From the NCBI GenBank assembly GCA_003427395.1, contig BFEA01000040.1, forward strand, positions 4,029,550 through 4,082,626: a stretch of DNA of 53,077 nt, read 5' to 3'. The stretch comes from Chara braunii. Lineage: Eukaryota; Plantae; Charophyceae. Both the position numbers and the translations under genes were made by a program. Below, one piece after another: positions 38,964-50,616 of the stretch. Within the stretch, counting starts at the first letter, position 1, and each line of letters opens with the position of its first letter. The notes under the pieces were generated by a model. The model did no database searches. It was not told the DNA's origin and saw only the letters and a program-made list of their open reading frames with translations.

Positions 38964-39165
38964 ACCACCAGTACTTCGTAGAGTTGTGCCCGTTAAACCA
39001 CCAGTACCTCGCTCAGCTATCGGCCGCGGGCCTTCCCGTATACGCGCCACGACTTTAGGTAACGTGCGGGCTACTGCAGGAGCGCCCAAATTCATTCGAG
39101 TAGAAACGTTTCTACTCTATTTTTTCCTGCGGCTGACTCGGATAGCTGGGCCAAGTGCTGGTGGT
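38964..39165. mobile_element. TTAA-targeting MITE with nested second TIR
   Basis: TTAA|ACCACCAGTAC at 38964 and again at ~38997. Confidence 0.8.
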
Positions 39166-39475
39166 TGCACTAATGTCTCAAGAGGCTACCCACTGCGCCG
39201 CTATTTTCCGAGCCTTCTGTGTGAGGGTACCTGTAGTGAGAATTTCGGAAGTGGCACGGATGTCGGCGGTCTACCTGGAAAAAAAAAACAAAAAAAAAAG
39301 GTACAGACATGCCAGAGATCAATGATGTCGGGGAAGCATGTCATGGAGGCAATACTCACATACGCACTTTCCAGAACGCATCGGGAAGAGGGGAATGTTG
39401 CTGTTTTTTTTTTTGTGTTTGTCCTTTTGGTTTTTTTTTCCCTTATCTTGACACCAAGGCAAATGCCCTCACTGA

Positions 39476-39597
39476 GGGCCTCGCCACACCACTCTCGAAA
39501 TGTGGAAAAGACAAAAATTTGGCGGGCGCATCTGGCCATGTTCCAGCGGGAAGTTAGTTCTCATTTTGCACATTTCGCGAGTGGTGTGGCGACGCCC
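39476..39597. mobile_element. Harbinger-type MITE, TGA TSD
   Basis: TGA|GGGCCTCGCCACACCACTC...GAGTGGTGTGGCGACGCCC|TGA. Confidence 0.88.
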
Positions 39598-40475
39598 TGA
39601 GGGCACACACACTAGCGCCGTTGAGATCCATCCAACTGCTTTCACGGCCAAAGGGCCTCGTTCGACATCACTGCCAATGTAAGGATTCTTACAAAATCAT
39701 AGTTCCACCACACCCTAATGATGAGAAAAACAAACTCCAAAATGTTTCCATATTTTCGACTTTTAGGATCCGCCCCTAAAAAATGAGGGCGCCCCAGGCA
39801 AAACGACGGAAATCTCTAGGGAGTCACTAGAGGTGACTTGAAATGTGAGGATGTGAATTGCCCGATAGGCCGAGGTCATGACACCCGGCCCTCCTCACCT
39901 GAGATGTACAGGCCGGTAAGTATAGGGTCTTCCTTGCGGGTTGTGGAACGAAAATTAGGGTAAAATAATCACCCTCGCCCAGTTAGGGCGCCCTTACAAT
40001 GTTAAGGATTTGAAAGTGGTGTGGAACGAGACCCAACTTGAAAGCTTTGTTTGCTTTTTTTTTCCCCTTCTTCGTTTTGTGAATCTGACAGGCATGTTCC
40101 ATGTTGGCCGTTCTGCTGAAGCAAGTACTTCAAAAAATGTATCCAACGCAATCACGGCCAAAACTGTGTTTTATTCTTTGGAACATGTGGATTTGATATG
40201 TGCCCAAAAATTTGAAAAACTTCTGACGCTTCGACCCTGCCCCAAGCCCGCCTTTTCCTTCTTGTAGCAACAAGTTTTTGCTGCACGGCTGGGGCCGTGT
40301 ACTTGCGGCCCAGTGCCCAAGGCAAAAATACAATGAAAATGAGTCGAAGGACATTTATTTTCATTTTCTCATGCATCTTTTTTTTTGGGGGGGGCGGGGG
40401 GGGGGGCGGGTGGGACAAACGCTTCAATCTATTCGTGGGGAGCATCACATGCTGAGAACTTGAACCGGGCTCAGC

Positions 40476-40996
40476 CAACAGAAAAATTCCCATGCGAAAT
40501 GAAAGTTGAAAAAATATTCGATAAAAAAAAATCCTTCATATTTATAAATTATCATTCCAATGTTTGTCCAATTCTAGAATTTTCAATTTAATTTGATAAG
40601 TTTCCGTCTAAATATGAGTTTTCCCTTCCAACTACATCTATTTGTTCAAGATGGAATGAAAGTCGGGACGACTTTATGAAATGTTTTAATTAGACTTTCA
40701 TTCTATTACAACAAATATCGTATAATTTAGATTGGATTAACCTATTTATGACTGAAAATCCTTACTTAAAATGGGAGTCCAATTAAAATATTTCATGAAC
40801 TCATCTAGACTTTCATTCCATCTCTAGCATGCAGTTCAAATAAGAAGGGATACCCCATTCTTGGAAGGAAAGTTTTCAAGTAAGACGGAAAACTTTAAAA
40901 TTAGAATTACATTTTTGAAGATGGAATGAAAATTTAGAATTAAGAATGTAATTTTACTCTAGAATGATTATTTAATTTTGGGAAATTTTTCTGTTG
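40476..40996. mobile_element. AT-rich non-autonomous TIR element, 2-bp GC TSD (CACTA/EnSpm-like?)
   Basis: TIR CAACAGAAAAATT(T)CCCA; splits a minus-strand GGGAC element (AACCGGGCTCAGC|GTCC); decayed homologue at ~44430-44850. Confidence 0.75.
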
Positions 40997-42351
40997 GCGT
41001 CCTTTTGAAATACAACTGAGAATATGTAACATATTTGAAGTTTTGGGGCCATTACCAGGGTTCGGCTAGGAAAGCAATCAGTCGATTACCAAACTTGCGA
41101 AAACCTATAAGACACAACTTTTAAAAACAACTGCAGTTCTAAAAAAAAAACTGCCTATGATCTACCCAACCCCAATCCAAACGTGGAAACAGAAGATTCT
41201 AACTAAAACCCTCTACTATTTACACCTCCCCTTCCACAAGCGAAAAAATGTTAAGTCCAAGCGTTTTAGTCCTCGTACCAGACCTCAGCTGATCTCATAC
41301 CTCCCAATGCTAGGGTTACAGATCAACACAAACTTTCCCAGTACCGACCAGCCTGGTTCAGACGGCAAAGTGTCGTCCACCCTCGACACTCTCGATTAGC
41401 CACACGCCCCTAAGTTACAGGGAAAAAAAAACAGCATCAGATACGTCGGACAAACTGGTTATGCCTTCCTTCCTCGACATAACTCCACATACCTCTTGCT
41501 CCCCCAGGTTACAGAGCAAAAACTCCAGCATTTTGTTATGCATCAAGTTCGATTGAACTTAAAAAAAACAAAAACAAGTTTGATCATTATGAGCCTGGTG
41601 TTGGGTTTAGGTGACTGCGTCTGGTTCAAAATTGAACAGATGTCTCAATGGACATCTATGTTCGCATATGACTAGCATAGCATCCGTCAATGTAGGTATA
41701 CTGATTGGTGGTTGTTCCGATGCCTGTGTTCAAGTTGGGTGTGTGTGACTGGGTACACCAGGTCGTAATGAAAAACGAGTATCGGTGCTGGGGTGGGGTT
41801 CAGGGCTCATCTGGGGGCTTAACTTCCACCCCTTAGCCAGTCCACTTAGCCGTTTGATTGAGTGTTTTCTCCCTGAGCGGGAGGTCGCGTGTTCTATCCT
41901 TGTGGTCGGCTCGTGGTTGGTCAATGTTTACACATGTTCATAAGACTCGCATTATGAGTGTGGACCTACGGGCAAAAACAGAGACATCCGTGAAAGTTCC
42001 TAGTGGGAACTCCCACATACTTGCCGCAAAGTCACTATGTGGGACTAGTTGCAGATGACATAAACAAACTGTGGAGTGGTTTGCCAAAGTCTGCACAGCA
42101 TGGTTGCAGATGACATAAACAAACTGGTCTGTCAAATTTTCAAGCACAGTCTGGTTGCAATCACACACAACGGAGCCCACACACCAAAGTCTACAAGGCT
42201 TAGCGAGAAATGTGGAAATTCCCCACCTTTGTTGCAGATGATTGGCTCACGAAGAAACTAACAGTCATCCATTGTGGCAATACATGGAATCCAAACGAGT
42301 CTGGGAATGGCAGGCAGGTCATTGGAGTAATTTCACTCCTCAATCGGTAAA

Positions 42352-42475
42352 ACCACCAGTACTTGGCCCAATATAAGTCGTGGGAAATAATAGAAATGTT
42401 TATTGTCGCATGGATTGGACACTCCTCTAATGGCCCGTACATTTCTGAAAATTGTGGCTTGTTAACAGGCACGAC
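42352..42475. mobile_element. TTAA-MITE family, truncated copy
   Basis: ACCACCAGTACTTGGCCCA...GGCCCGTACATTT...GTTAACAGGCACGAC. Confidence 0.7.
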
Positions 42476-44854
42476 AATCATCCTGGATGGCATCCTGCCG
42501 CCACAACTCTCCCCGATCAAGTTTTGGGGCTATGTAGGCCCGGGAACCTACGATGCATCACTTCTCGGATTAGCGCTATCTTCTGCCCATCTTTTTTGTC
42601 TGATCTGGTGCAACGAGATTGCATAATAATTTGTCCTTTTGTTTTTTTCATTTTTTTTGTAAATTGGCATGTATCCCTTTATAGGATTAGTTTTGAATTT
42701 GTGATAGAGTTCCGATTTTCACGCATTTAAACAAGATGCAAGGGAAAGATAGCTTGAAAGGAAACGAAAATCAGCGAGGGGTCTAGAAAAGAGAGAGATT
42801 CAAGGCGGGGGGGGGGGGGGGAGGGGGGAAGAGTCAAGGAGGAGAACGACGGTTAGAGTTGTCAGAAGAACACACAGGAAAGGAAATCGGGCACTGGCAG
42901 AAGGAGGCACATGATGCAAGTAACCGACGTGCACCAAGAAATAGAGAGAATGAAATAGCGATGAAGGTCATCAGGTGGACCATCCCCGAAGGAGAAGGAC
43001 CTCGCCCAAATTCCAGACGAAATTCAAAAATGCTTTGGGTGCACTCGCTAAGGGCCTAAGGCGAATCACAGTGCGAATCACGGTGTGGAGAGTGGCCGCA
43101 TCCCCCATGATACGGTTCAATTATGCAATGCCTCCCCCTTCTCTCCTCTCTTCCCTTTTTACTTCGCCTTTAATCTCACAAGATAGTAACCTCGTCACTG
43201 ATATGAGTATTCAGTTGATGATCAAAGAGATGCTCTATCAATATACACTTCGACTGATAATATTTTCAGGAAAGCCTTATCTGGTTTCTCTAAGAGTTGT
43301 TATTTTTCCAGGACCTCTACCTTACTTATACTCGAGTCCGTTCACTAAAGACCCTAGTAGGCAGTTGAAGTCCCCGACAACGACACCACCTGTCGAGCGC
43401 GTCGGTTCTGGCCGCTTCGGCGAACGAGAGACCCTCACAACTATATCACGCAGGAATGCGAAATCGATAAGTGATCTGTTTAGGTGTTACTCTAGTCCTG
43501 CGCGTCAGCCATACCGCTCACTGTTCCTTGCGATAGGATAGGGCTTTGCGAGGTACAACTTACCTTTTTTCCATGTGACGTGATGTCAAGTACGCATTTT
43601 AAGCAAATTTATTTATTTGTACGTCTCGGCTTCAATGGTCAAGGTGCGATACAAGAAGGACTCGGAGGTTAGCGCATTAACGCTTCTTCTCAATATAAAG
43701 GTTGCACCCTGTGCACTTTGTAAAAACATGAACCAATACTGACAACGTATTTTTTACCTATCTTTTTGTCACCTTCCCTTTTTTTTCTAAGCGACTCCTT
43801 TATTTGAGGTCAAGCTGCTCTGCATCCTAGTGTGGGTGACAAAATTCTTGACGAACGATTTTTTCGGATCCCTCTCAGACAACATGATGATAGGAGCACA
43901 CAACGTAGTGATTCGATAGTTTACGTCAATCTTTCATTTTACTATCATGTTGTTCTTGATGATGGTCCTCGGTTGGATCTTAATCTTCCTATTTTCCTCG
44001 AACCTCCAATTTATTTAACCATCCTTCCCTTTTTCTATCCTCTTTCTTATCATAATATGTACACGGGTGGAGAAGAGTGATAATAGTTCCTTGATGCCTA
44101 TGGTGGTATGGTCCTTAATAAATTTCGATCAATCAAGCCAATGAAGGATTAATTAATATAGTCTATGTAGCAAGGAGATTGACATAAATCTTCTTTTTAG
44201 GTTCTTACATTTGTCACCTTCATTTTTCATTTATCTGGAGGTTGCATATTTTTTGAACCCCCTGACTATCATATATGTGTCAAACAAGTTTTCGACACTG
44301 TTTGAATTTTTGTAACCGTCCACGTTTATTTGTCTTTTCAAAAGGTTGGTGTGCTAGTACTTCAAGTTTATATCTTTTCTTTCTTGAAATTTCAAAGTGT
44401 TTTGTTGGCTTCATTTTCGGAGGGGTATATGTGCGCTTTTATATATTTGCGCTTTTAAGTCATATGAAGTTAGTCGTCTTCCAAATACTTTTAATAAATT
44501 TCTATTTAAAAATGGGTTTTCATTTCCAACTACATTTATTTGATGAAGATTTAATGGAAGTTTGAACTAGTGTATGAGATATTTTAATTGAACTTTCATT
44601 TTACTACAACAAATATCTGCTTTTTCAGATTGGATTAAGTAATTTCTTACTATAACTCCTTGTAATATAATAACTGTACGGTTAAAATATTTCATGAGTT
44701 CATGTAGAGTCGTGCAAACGTTCATTTCATCCTTAGTATGCAATTTAAACTAGAAGCGATACCCTATTTTTGGAGCGAAAAGTTTCAAGTAAGATAAAAA
44801 ATTTGAAAAGTTGAATGATATTTTTAAAGATGGAATAAAAAAATAATCTTATAA

Positions 44855-45117
44855 CTAGGCTACCAGAGTGGCCCGGGGTCACTTGCCCGGCCGGGCCAAA
44901 AAGATTTAAAATTTAAAAAAACAAAAATTATTATATTTTATTTTATATTTTAAATTTGGTAACGAATTTCGATCTGACCCTGAGGCAAAAGTTGTTCAGT
45001 TTATTTTTCTGCATACGATATTTTTTTTTTCGTATTTTTCGTATTTTTTTGTTTTTTTGCTGGGACCCTCCTTTGTCCTTGCACTGGCCAGCCCGGGCGG
45101 CCCGGCTGGTAGCCTAG
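44855..45117. mobile_element. MITE with 12-bp TIR CTAGGCTACCAG and 8-bp TSD TCTTATAA (hAT-like)
   Basis: perfect TIR and TSD (44847-44854, 45118-45125). Confidence 0.9.
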
Positions 45118-45932
45118 TCTTATAATCATTTTTTTATGATTTTTTTTTTCTACTGTTGTGTTTTCATTTTGGACATGGATGAGATAGGAATCAGCATAAG
45201 ATCTTTGTACAATTGTTTTTTTCCCCTACTGTTGTGTTTTCATGTTTAACATGATGGATGAGATAAGAATCAACATAACTTTTTTGCACGCCTTAGCGAG
45301 AGTGTTTGAACTATTTCTAAACTTTTCAATTTCGAGTTTGTAGTATGAATTACGCAAAGCCACTTCGCCTCAACTCTCCAATTCAAGACTTGGTCTTTTG
45401 GGAGTGCAGCGTGGCAATGAGCCTTTTAGATGGTGTTTTCCCGAATCCCGGAGCCCCAGAGCACTCTCAAAAAATTCTCTGGATTCGGGAGTGGTGTGGG
45501 GAGGCCCATAGTCACTACCTTAGCCTTCCCCAACAATGTCAACAAACAAACTACAAGTTGTGAGTCAATTCTACAATGAAGAATAAGTTCCCCCCCCCAA
45601 AAAAAACAAAAAAAAAAACAATGGAGAATAAAGTTTCCACTTCTGCATTTCTTTATCGACCTTTTGGAGGCCGAAAACAAGAAAGTGAAGTTGCAAAATC
45701 ATGCCTCCCCCTGTGAAATTCATAAAAATGCAACTTCGTATCTTTCAAAAAGGGGCAACTCAAATTTGGATCTTTTCTTTTGGAGGCCACGGATTGGACA
45801 GAAGGCCGACCTTATAACATCGCCCGCTGGAAAATCGACTGACCTGTCAAGATCCGAGAACGTCAACGGCCATGATGCACCACTCCAGGCCACACATGAT
45901 TGAAATCGCTATAGCCGCGTTGTAAGGCTTGA

Positions 45933-46329
45933 ACCCCACTGGCTGGCGGTAGCTGGCCGCCAGCCTTCGGAAGAGATGTTTTGCGACCCCACTGCTGGTG
46001 GCGAAGACAAGCACTTTTGTTTCCACTCTGCCTACCTCCGCTTTTATAGCACACCAACCAATCCCTGTGCCTCCTTTCCGCACTGGATGGCTGGTACGCT
46101 GGCCAGCCATCCCGTGCGGAAAGGAGGCACCGGGATCGGTTGGTGTGCTGATAAAGCATAGGCAATCTGGCCCGAAATGGCAAGTCTTCCTTATCGGGTA
46201 ACAGAAACCTTGGGAAGTGCCGAAAATTGCTGTGCCAATGGAGTCCCATTTCGCTTGCCCATTCCTGTTCGCTACTATTTGTGCTGGGGGATGCTTCCCT
46301 GGCCGCCAGCTACCGCCAGCCAGTGGGGT
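45933..46329. repeat. ~400-bp foldback (inverted repeat)
   Basis: outer arms ACCCCACTGGCTGGCGGTAGCTGGC; inner ~48-bp arms ~46049-46150. Confidence 0.85.
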
Positions 46330-46509
46330 CCCTCCCTAATACTTGGCTTGTGGGTCCTAGGCCCGGGCAACCTAACTGATGTTCTAATTGAAAAAAAAAA
46401 AAAAAAAAAAAAAAGGCAGCCAAGGTTGCTGCACGAGTCAGGCTTTGCATCTGCGGTAGGATGTCGCCACCCCTTTAGAGGACCGGCTTGCGTTTGCCCT
46501 TGGGCACGG

Positions 46510-46673
46510 GGGCCAGGTCCCAGAGCAGCGTTGAGTTTCCTCAACGCCTGAATCTGGACGTGTTTTTTGGATATGTGCACAAAACGCGTTGAGTTTTCTC
46601 AACCGCACATCTCCACGAACGCGTCCAGATTCAGCCGTTGAGGAAACTCAACGCTGCTAGTGGGACCTGGCCC
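46510..46673. mobile_element. Harbinger-type foldback MITE
   Basis: CGG|GGGCCAGGTCCC...GGGACCTGGCCC|CAG. Confidence 0.85.
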
Positions 46674-46749
46674 CAGGCTCTGTTGGAACGAAGAGGAGAG
46701 CAGTTGCAACGTATGATGACATACCTGGGTCTTTCCTGTGCTATCGCCG

Positions 46750-46914
46750 TGGCCAAGTCCCACTACCCGTGTTGAGTTTGCTCAAGGCCTGAATGTGGCC
46801 GTCTTTGCGGAGATGTGCGGTTGAGCAAACTCAACTTCATTTCTGCACAGTTCCACAAACCCATCCAGATTCAGGTCTTAGAGGAAACTCAACGCTGCTA
46901 GTCGGACCTGATCC
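46750..46914. mobile_element. Harbinger-type foldback MITE (second, more diverged copy)
   Basis: homologous to 46510. Confidence 0.8.
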
Positions 46915-47037
46915 CCGGTTTAAAAGATAGGTAGCCCGGAGAAATGGGTAGGCGAGACTACGGTCTGGGGAGAGATCCGGGTTGGTTGGTGTTCCCCCGT
47001 ACCAGACGTACACTAGTGAGAGGATGAGATAGATGAG

Positions 47038-47159
47038 GGGCCTCGCTGCACTACTCTCGACATGCACAAAAGACAAAAATATTGGCGGTGTATCTTTCGA
47101 TATTCTAGCCGAGGATTCACACTCGTTTTGCGCATTTCGAGAGTAGTGCAGCGAGGCCC
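47038..47159. mobile_element. Harbinger-type MITE (39476 family)
   Basis: GGGCCTCGCTGCACTACTCTCGA perfect TIR. Confidence 0.85.
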
Positions 47160-47403
47160 ATAGATGAGTACTAGCAAGAAAAATGAGATAGATGAGAGAA
47201 GAATATAGCTTTTTTTAAAAAAAAAAGAAAAAAAAGACTACGGTCTGAAGGTGGGACCTCGGTTTGTCTGCACGATCGTGCGAGAGGTGGGAGAGGTGGG
47301 AGAGGTGGGGAAGGAGTGTGTGCTGGTAGGTTCCCAGGCGTCTGTCTGATGCCGGGGGCTGAGGTCCCCCGTACAGTGACGGTCGATCTTCAATAGCTAC
47401 CGG

Positions 47404-47501
47404 GGGCTAGGTCCCACTAGCACGAATGAAGAGATACCGACCGTTAGATAGCAGAGATCAACGGCTGAAATCTCCTAATTTGCACAAGTGGGACCTTGCC
47501 C
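47404..47501. mobile_element. Harbinger-type MITE (34233 family)
   Basis: GGGCTAGGTCCCACT...AGTGGGACCTTGCCC. Confidence 0.8.
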
Positions 47502-48724
47502 CGTACAGCGCAGGATCTCTGCCGTGAAGTTGTGCGTTGGCGACGTCGACCCCGGGGCTGTCGCCCCGAAGTCAGTTGCGCAGCAGCGCAGGCGGAAGCG
47601 GCGCGCAATAGCGTTTTCCCCGGGCCTGCTGCTGCGCAACCCGCCCAGTGTGGCGAGACGGCGCCGTTTCCGATTCCCGCCCGCGGGGAGTGCGCGCGTA
47701 TGATCCGCTGTGGGAGTAAAGACAGGAAAAAACAAGAGCAGGACCCGGGAAAAAAAAAAAAAAAAAGTAAAAAAAAAACAAATCAACTGCGCACAGGCGG
47801 GAGACGGGCGGGGGCTACGCCTAGAGGAACTCGTCACGATGAAAAAAAAAAAAAAAAACAGAAAAAAGAAAAAAGAACTCGTCACGATGCTCACGTGCTT
47901 GGCGCGTGAAAAGAATTTACAGCCATTGTGGACTGAATCTGGCCTTAATCGCGAGTAAATCCATGAAGAAAACATGCTTGTTGGACACCGGACAGGCGGG
48001 AGAGGAAGAGCGCCTACAAAGGTACTCCTCACGACGCTCACCTTACTTGGGCGTGAAAAGAATTTACGGCCATTGTTGCTTGAATCTGGCCTCCATCGCG
48101 GGGAAATACTTGACGAAAACTGCTCGTTGGACGACGTACTCACACCTCCACTGTCTTTAATGTATCTGTCTGAGCGGATATTTTGATGTATCTGGGGGCC
48201 TTTGCGTCCAGAAAAATAAGTTAAAAAGTCGCAGTGCGAGTATGCCCTCAGCACGGCCTCTGGCGGTGTGCTTTCTCTTTTTTTGAAAAAGTTCGGAAGT
48301 GTTTTGGCGCCAGCGCTGGCCGTTGAGTTGCTCGTAGTCGTATTCACAATTTTCTTTCCTATTCGGTCCTCCCGTCTCTGATTGCTTTGCCTTCCTGCCC
48401 GTTTCCCGCTCCCAGCTCCCACAGCTTGGCCGCAAGCGGGAGCATTCTCCCGCCAAAATCACAGTTTAGTTGGGTTTATTTATTTACTCTTTCGGTCTCC
48501 CTTTTCGGCTAATGACAGGAAATAGCCAGTTCGTATTTTTCGGCTAATGACAGGAAATACCCAGTTCGTATGTTCAAAAAGGAGAGAACTAACCAGCGCC
48601 TCCCACTAGTGTAGCAAACAGGGTTGGATTAAAATGCCCTGAACCGGGACGTGTGTGGGGACAGATGCAGAAAACCGTGACTGATCTGCTTTTTTTTTTT
48701 TTTTTTTTTTTTGAGTTGTCTCTT

Positions 48725-49600
48725 TATATTCCAAAAACAGTGGGGGATCCGCTAATGGGAGCTTGGAGGCCAATAGGAGAACTGGAGGGAAAACTTGGAG
48801 GCCTGAGGAATGTGGAGCCCCACCTGTCAGCACTGAAGAAGGCTATTCCCCAAGGCTGGAAGGATCTCCTGGGGCCGGAGGGACAGGATCCACCCGACAC
48901 CTGGTACGCTCCAGTGGTCTCATAGACCCCGCCCAGAGTCTGGAGGCTACAAGAGATAACGGAGAGTGGGTTCAGGAAAGTGGTTGTCGGGACGGTATGC
49001 CCCACCGACGGTAGTCTGAGAGTCTGACGGTAGTCTGAGAGAAGGACAGGCATTAACTGTTCAAGTGTGGGACAACCCCCCACAGATACGAGTAATACAG
49101 CAGAGGGACGGGAGGGGGAATGTGTGCAATACAATTTGGGTGGGACAGACGGCACTCCGAGATTTGGCAATCGACCCGGTAGAGTGGAGTTGGTCGGAGG
49201 GAAGAATTACCAGGGCACATCCACAGGGCTCAAATCTAGCCAGCTACTCAGCTGGGGATTCGTACTTGGTGGGTAGGAAACCACTGAGGTCCCCCGCATC
49301 GGTGGCCATTACTAGATGGAGTGCTGTCCTGCCACTAGATCTGCAGGAGGAGGCAGATAATTTCCGGAAGTTGTGGAGGGTACTTGCAGAACTTCCAAAT
49401 GTGAAACATGCAAGTATTTTGTGGTTGATCTCTCTGTTAGGGACTCCATCTGCAGTATGGCTTAGGGCTCGAGGGGTAGAAGTGGAACTGGGCTGCACTC
49501 GCTGCAGATGGCCCTTTGAATCTACTCGACACTTATGGTGGGAGTGTCCGGCATCCAGACGGGTTTGGCAGTGGTGGGCCACACATTGGCAACTGTTGGC
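48725..49600 (+). pseudogene. L1-like LINE ORF2 C-terminal remnant (zf-RVT)
   Basis: AIPQGWKDLL, DPVEWSW, CTRCRWPFESTRHLWWECP...VW; frameshifted. Confidence 0.8.
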
Positions 49601-49661
49601 CGTACGTGGCTCAGGTGGCCAGGGCGGTGTAAGTATACTGGGGGCACAAGCTCCCGTGACA

Positions 49662-49764
49662 TCAGATAGGAGTGATGATAAGAGCATACACTCCTACCTG
49701 ACTCATTGGGGGCTCCATTCTATTGGTGGGGAGCTGCACCTGCTGAAAACGGGTCCAGCGTCCC
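49662..49764 (-). mobile_element. GGGAC three-hairpin element copy; extra 5' fragment at 49820-49840
   Basis: third stem TCAG.TAGGAGTG/CACTCCTA.CTGA around the conserved TGATAAGAGCA loop. Confidence 0.8.
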
Positions 49765-50105
49765 TTGAATTACAATGAAAGGATATTGGTACAGCAAGGA
49801 TAGTGGTACAGCACATGCAGGGAACCGGGCCCGACGTCCCATATTTACCGCTACTGATGCTCTGATGGTATAGGTTGGTGATGTTGATGATGATGATGGT
49901 GATGATGCAGAAAATTATGATGACCGCTGATCTCAAAGGCTTGGGAACTTCCATTGCCACCTGTTCCTCTTCACCCTCAATACAAGGGCGCCAGATAAAA
50001 CAGTTAAGGACTGGTACTATTCACAGATTGGTGGCATGAACTAACTGGAATTACTGGAATTACATCCTGAGCTTGGGAGCAACTGCTTACTGCAACCCAT
50101 CTAAC

Positions 50106-50578
50106 TCAAAGTGACCAGACTATATTTTTTTTTGTCCTTGAGGCACCATTCCTATTCGCTTCTTTAGCCCACATCTTCAGAAACCAGGTAAATCCTTTCT
50201 TTTTGCTCTTGAATCCTTTTTGCCAGTCGGCCAAAATCATGTTTCTAATATTCCTTTTTACTTGGCTTTGCTGTTCTTGTATGGAAATTTTAGTACTCTT
50301 AAAAATTACTGAGTTCCTTGCCCTCCATATTTCCTGTAGGAGAACTCCTCTGCAAACCAGAGCTACGTAACCGGGAGTTGAACTCCTCTTGGCCTTCCCC
50401 CGAAGATGCTGGGGTAGGGTTTGAGGGAGATGTGGTAAGTTGGGGGCTGTTGATGGAAAGTTGAGAGGGATTATTTTTTGGATTGTTGCTCTTATCGTAC
50501 GTCCTGGTTTAGTCTGGAGGTCAGGCTCATGTGTGTCGATGATAATACTCGTTGGATAAATCATCCGGAAAATTACAT

Positions 50579-50616
<38 letters not shown>

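Noticed and set aside
39678-39998. Solo LTR (TGTAAGG...CCTTACA)
   Set aside because: 7-bp inverted ends but no TSD and no second copy.
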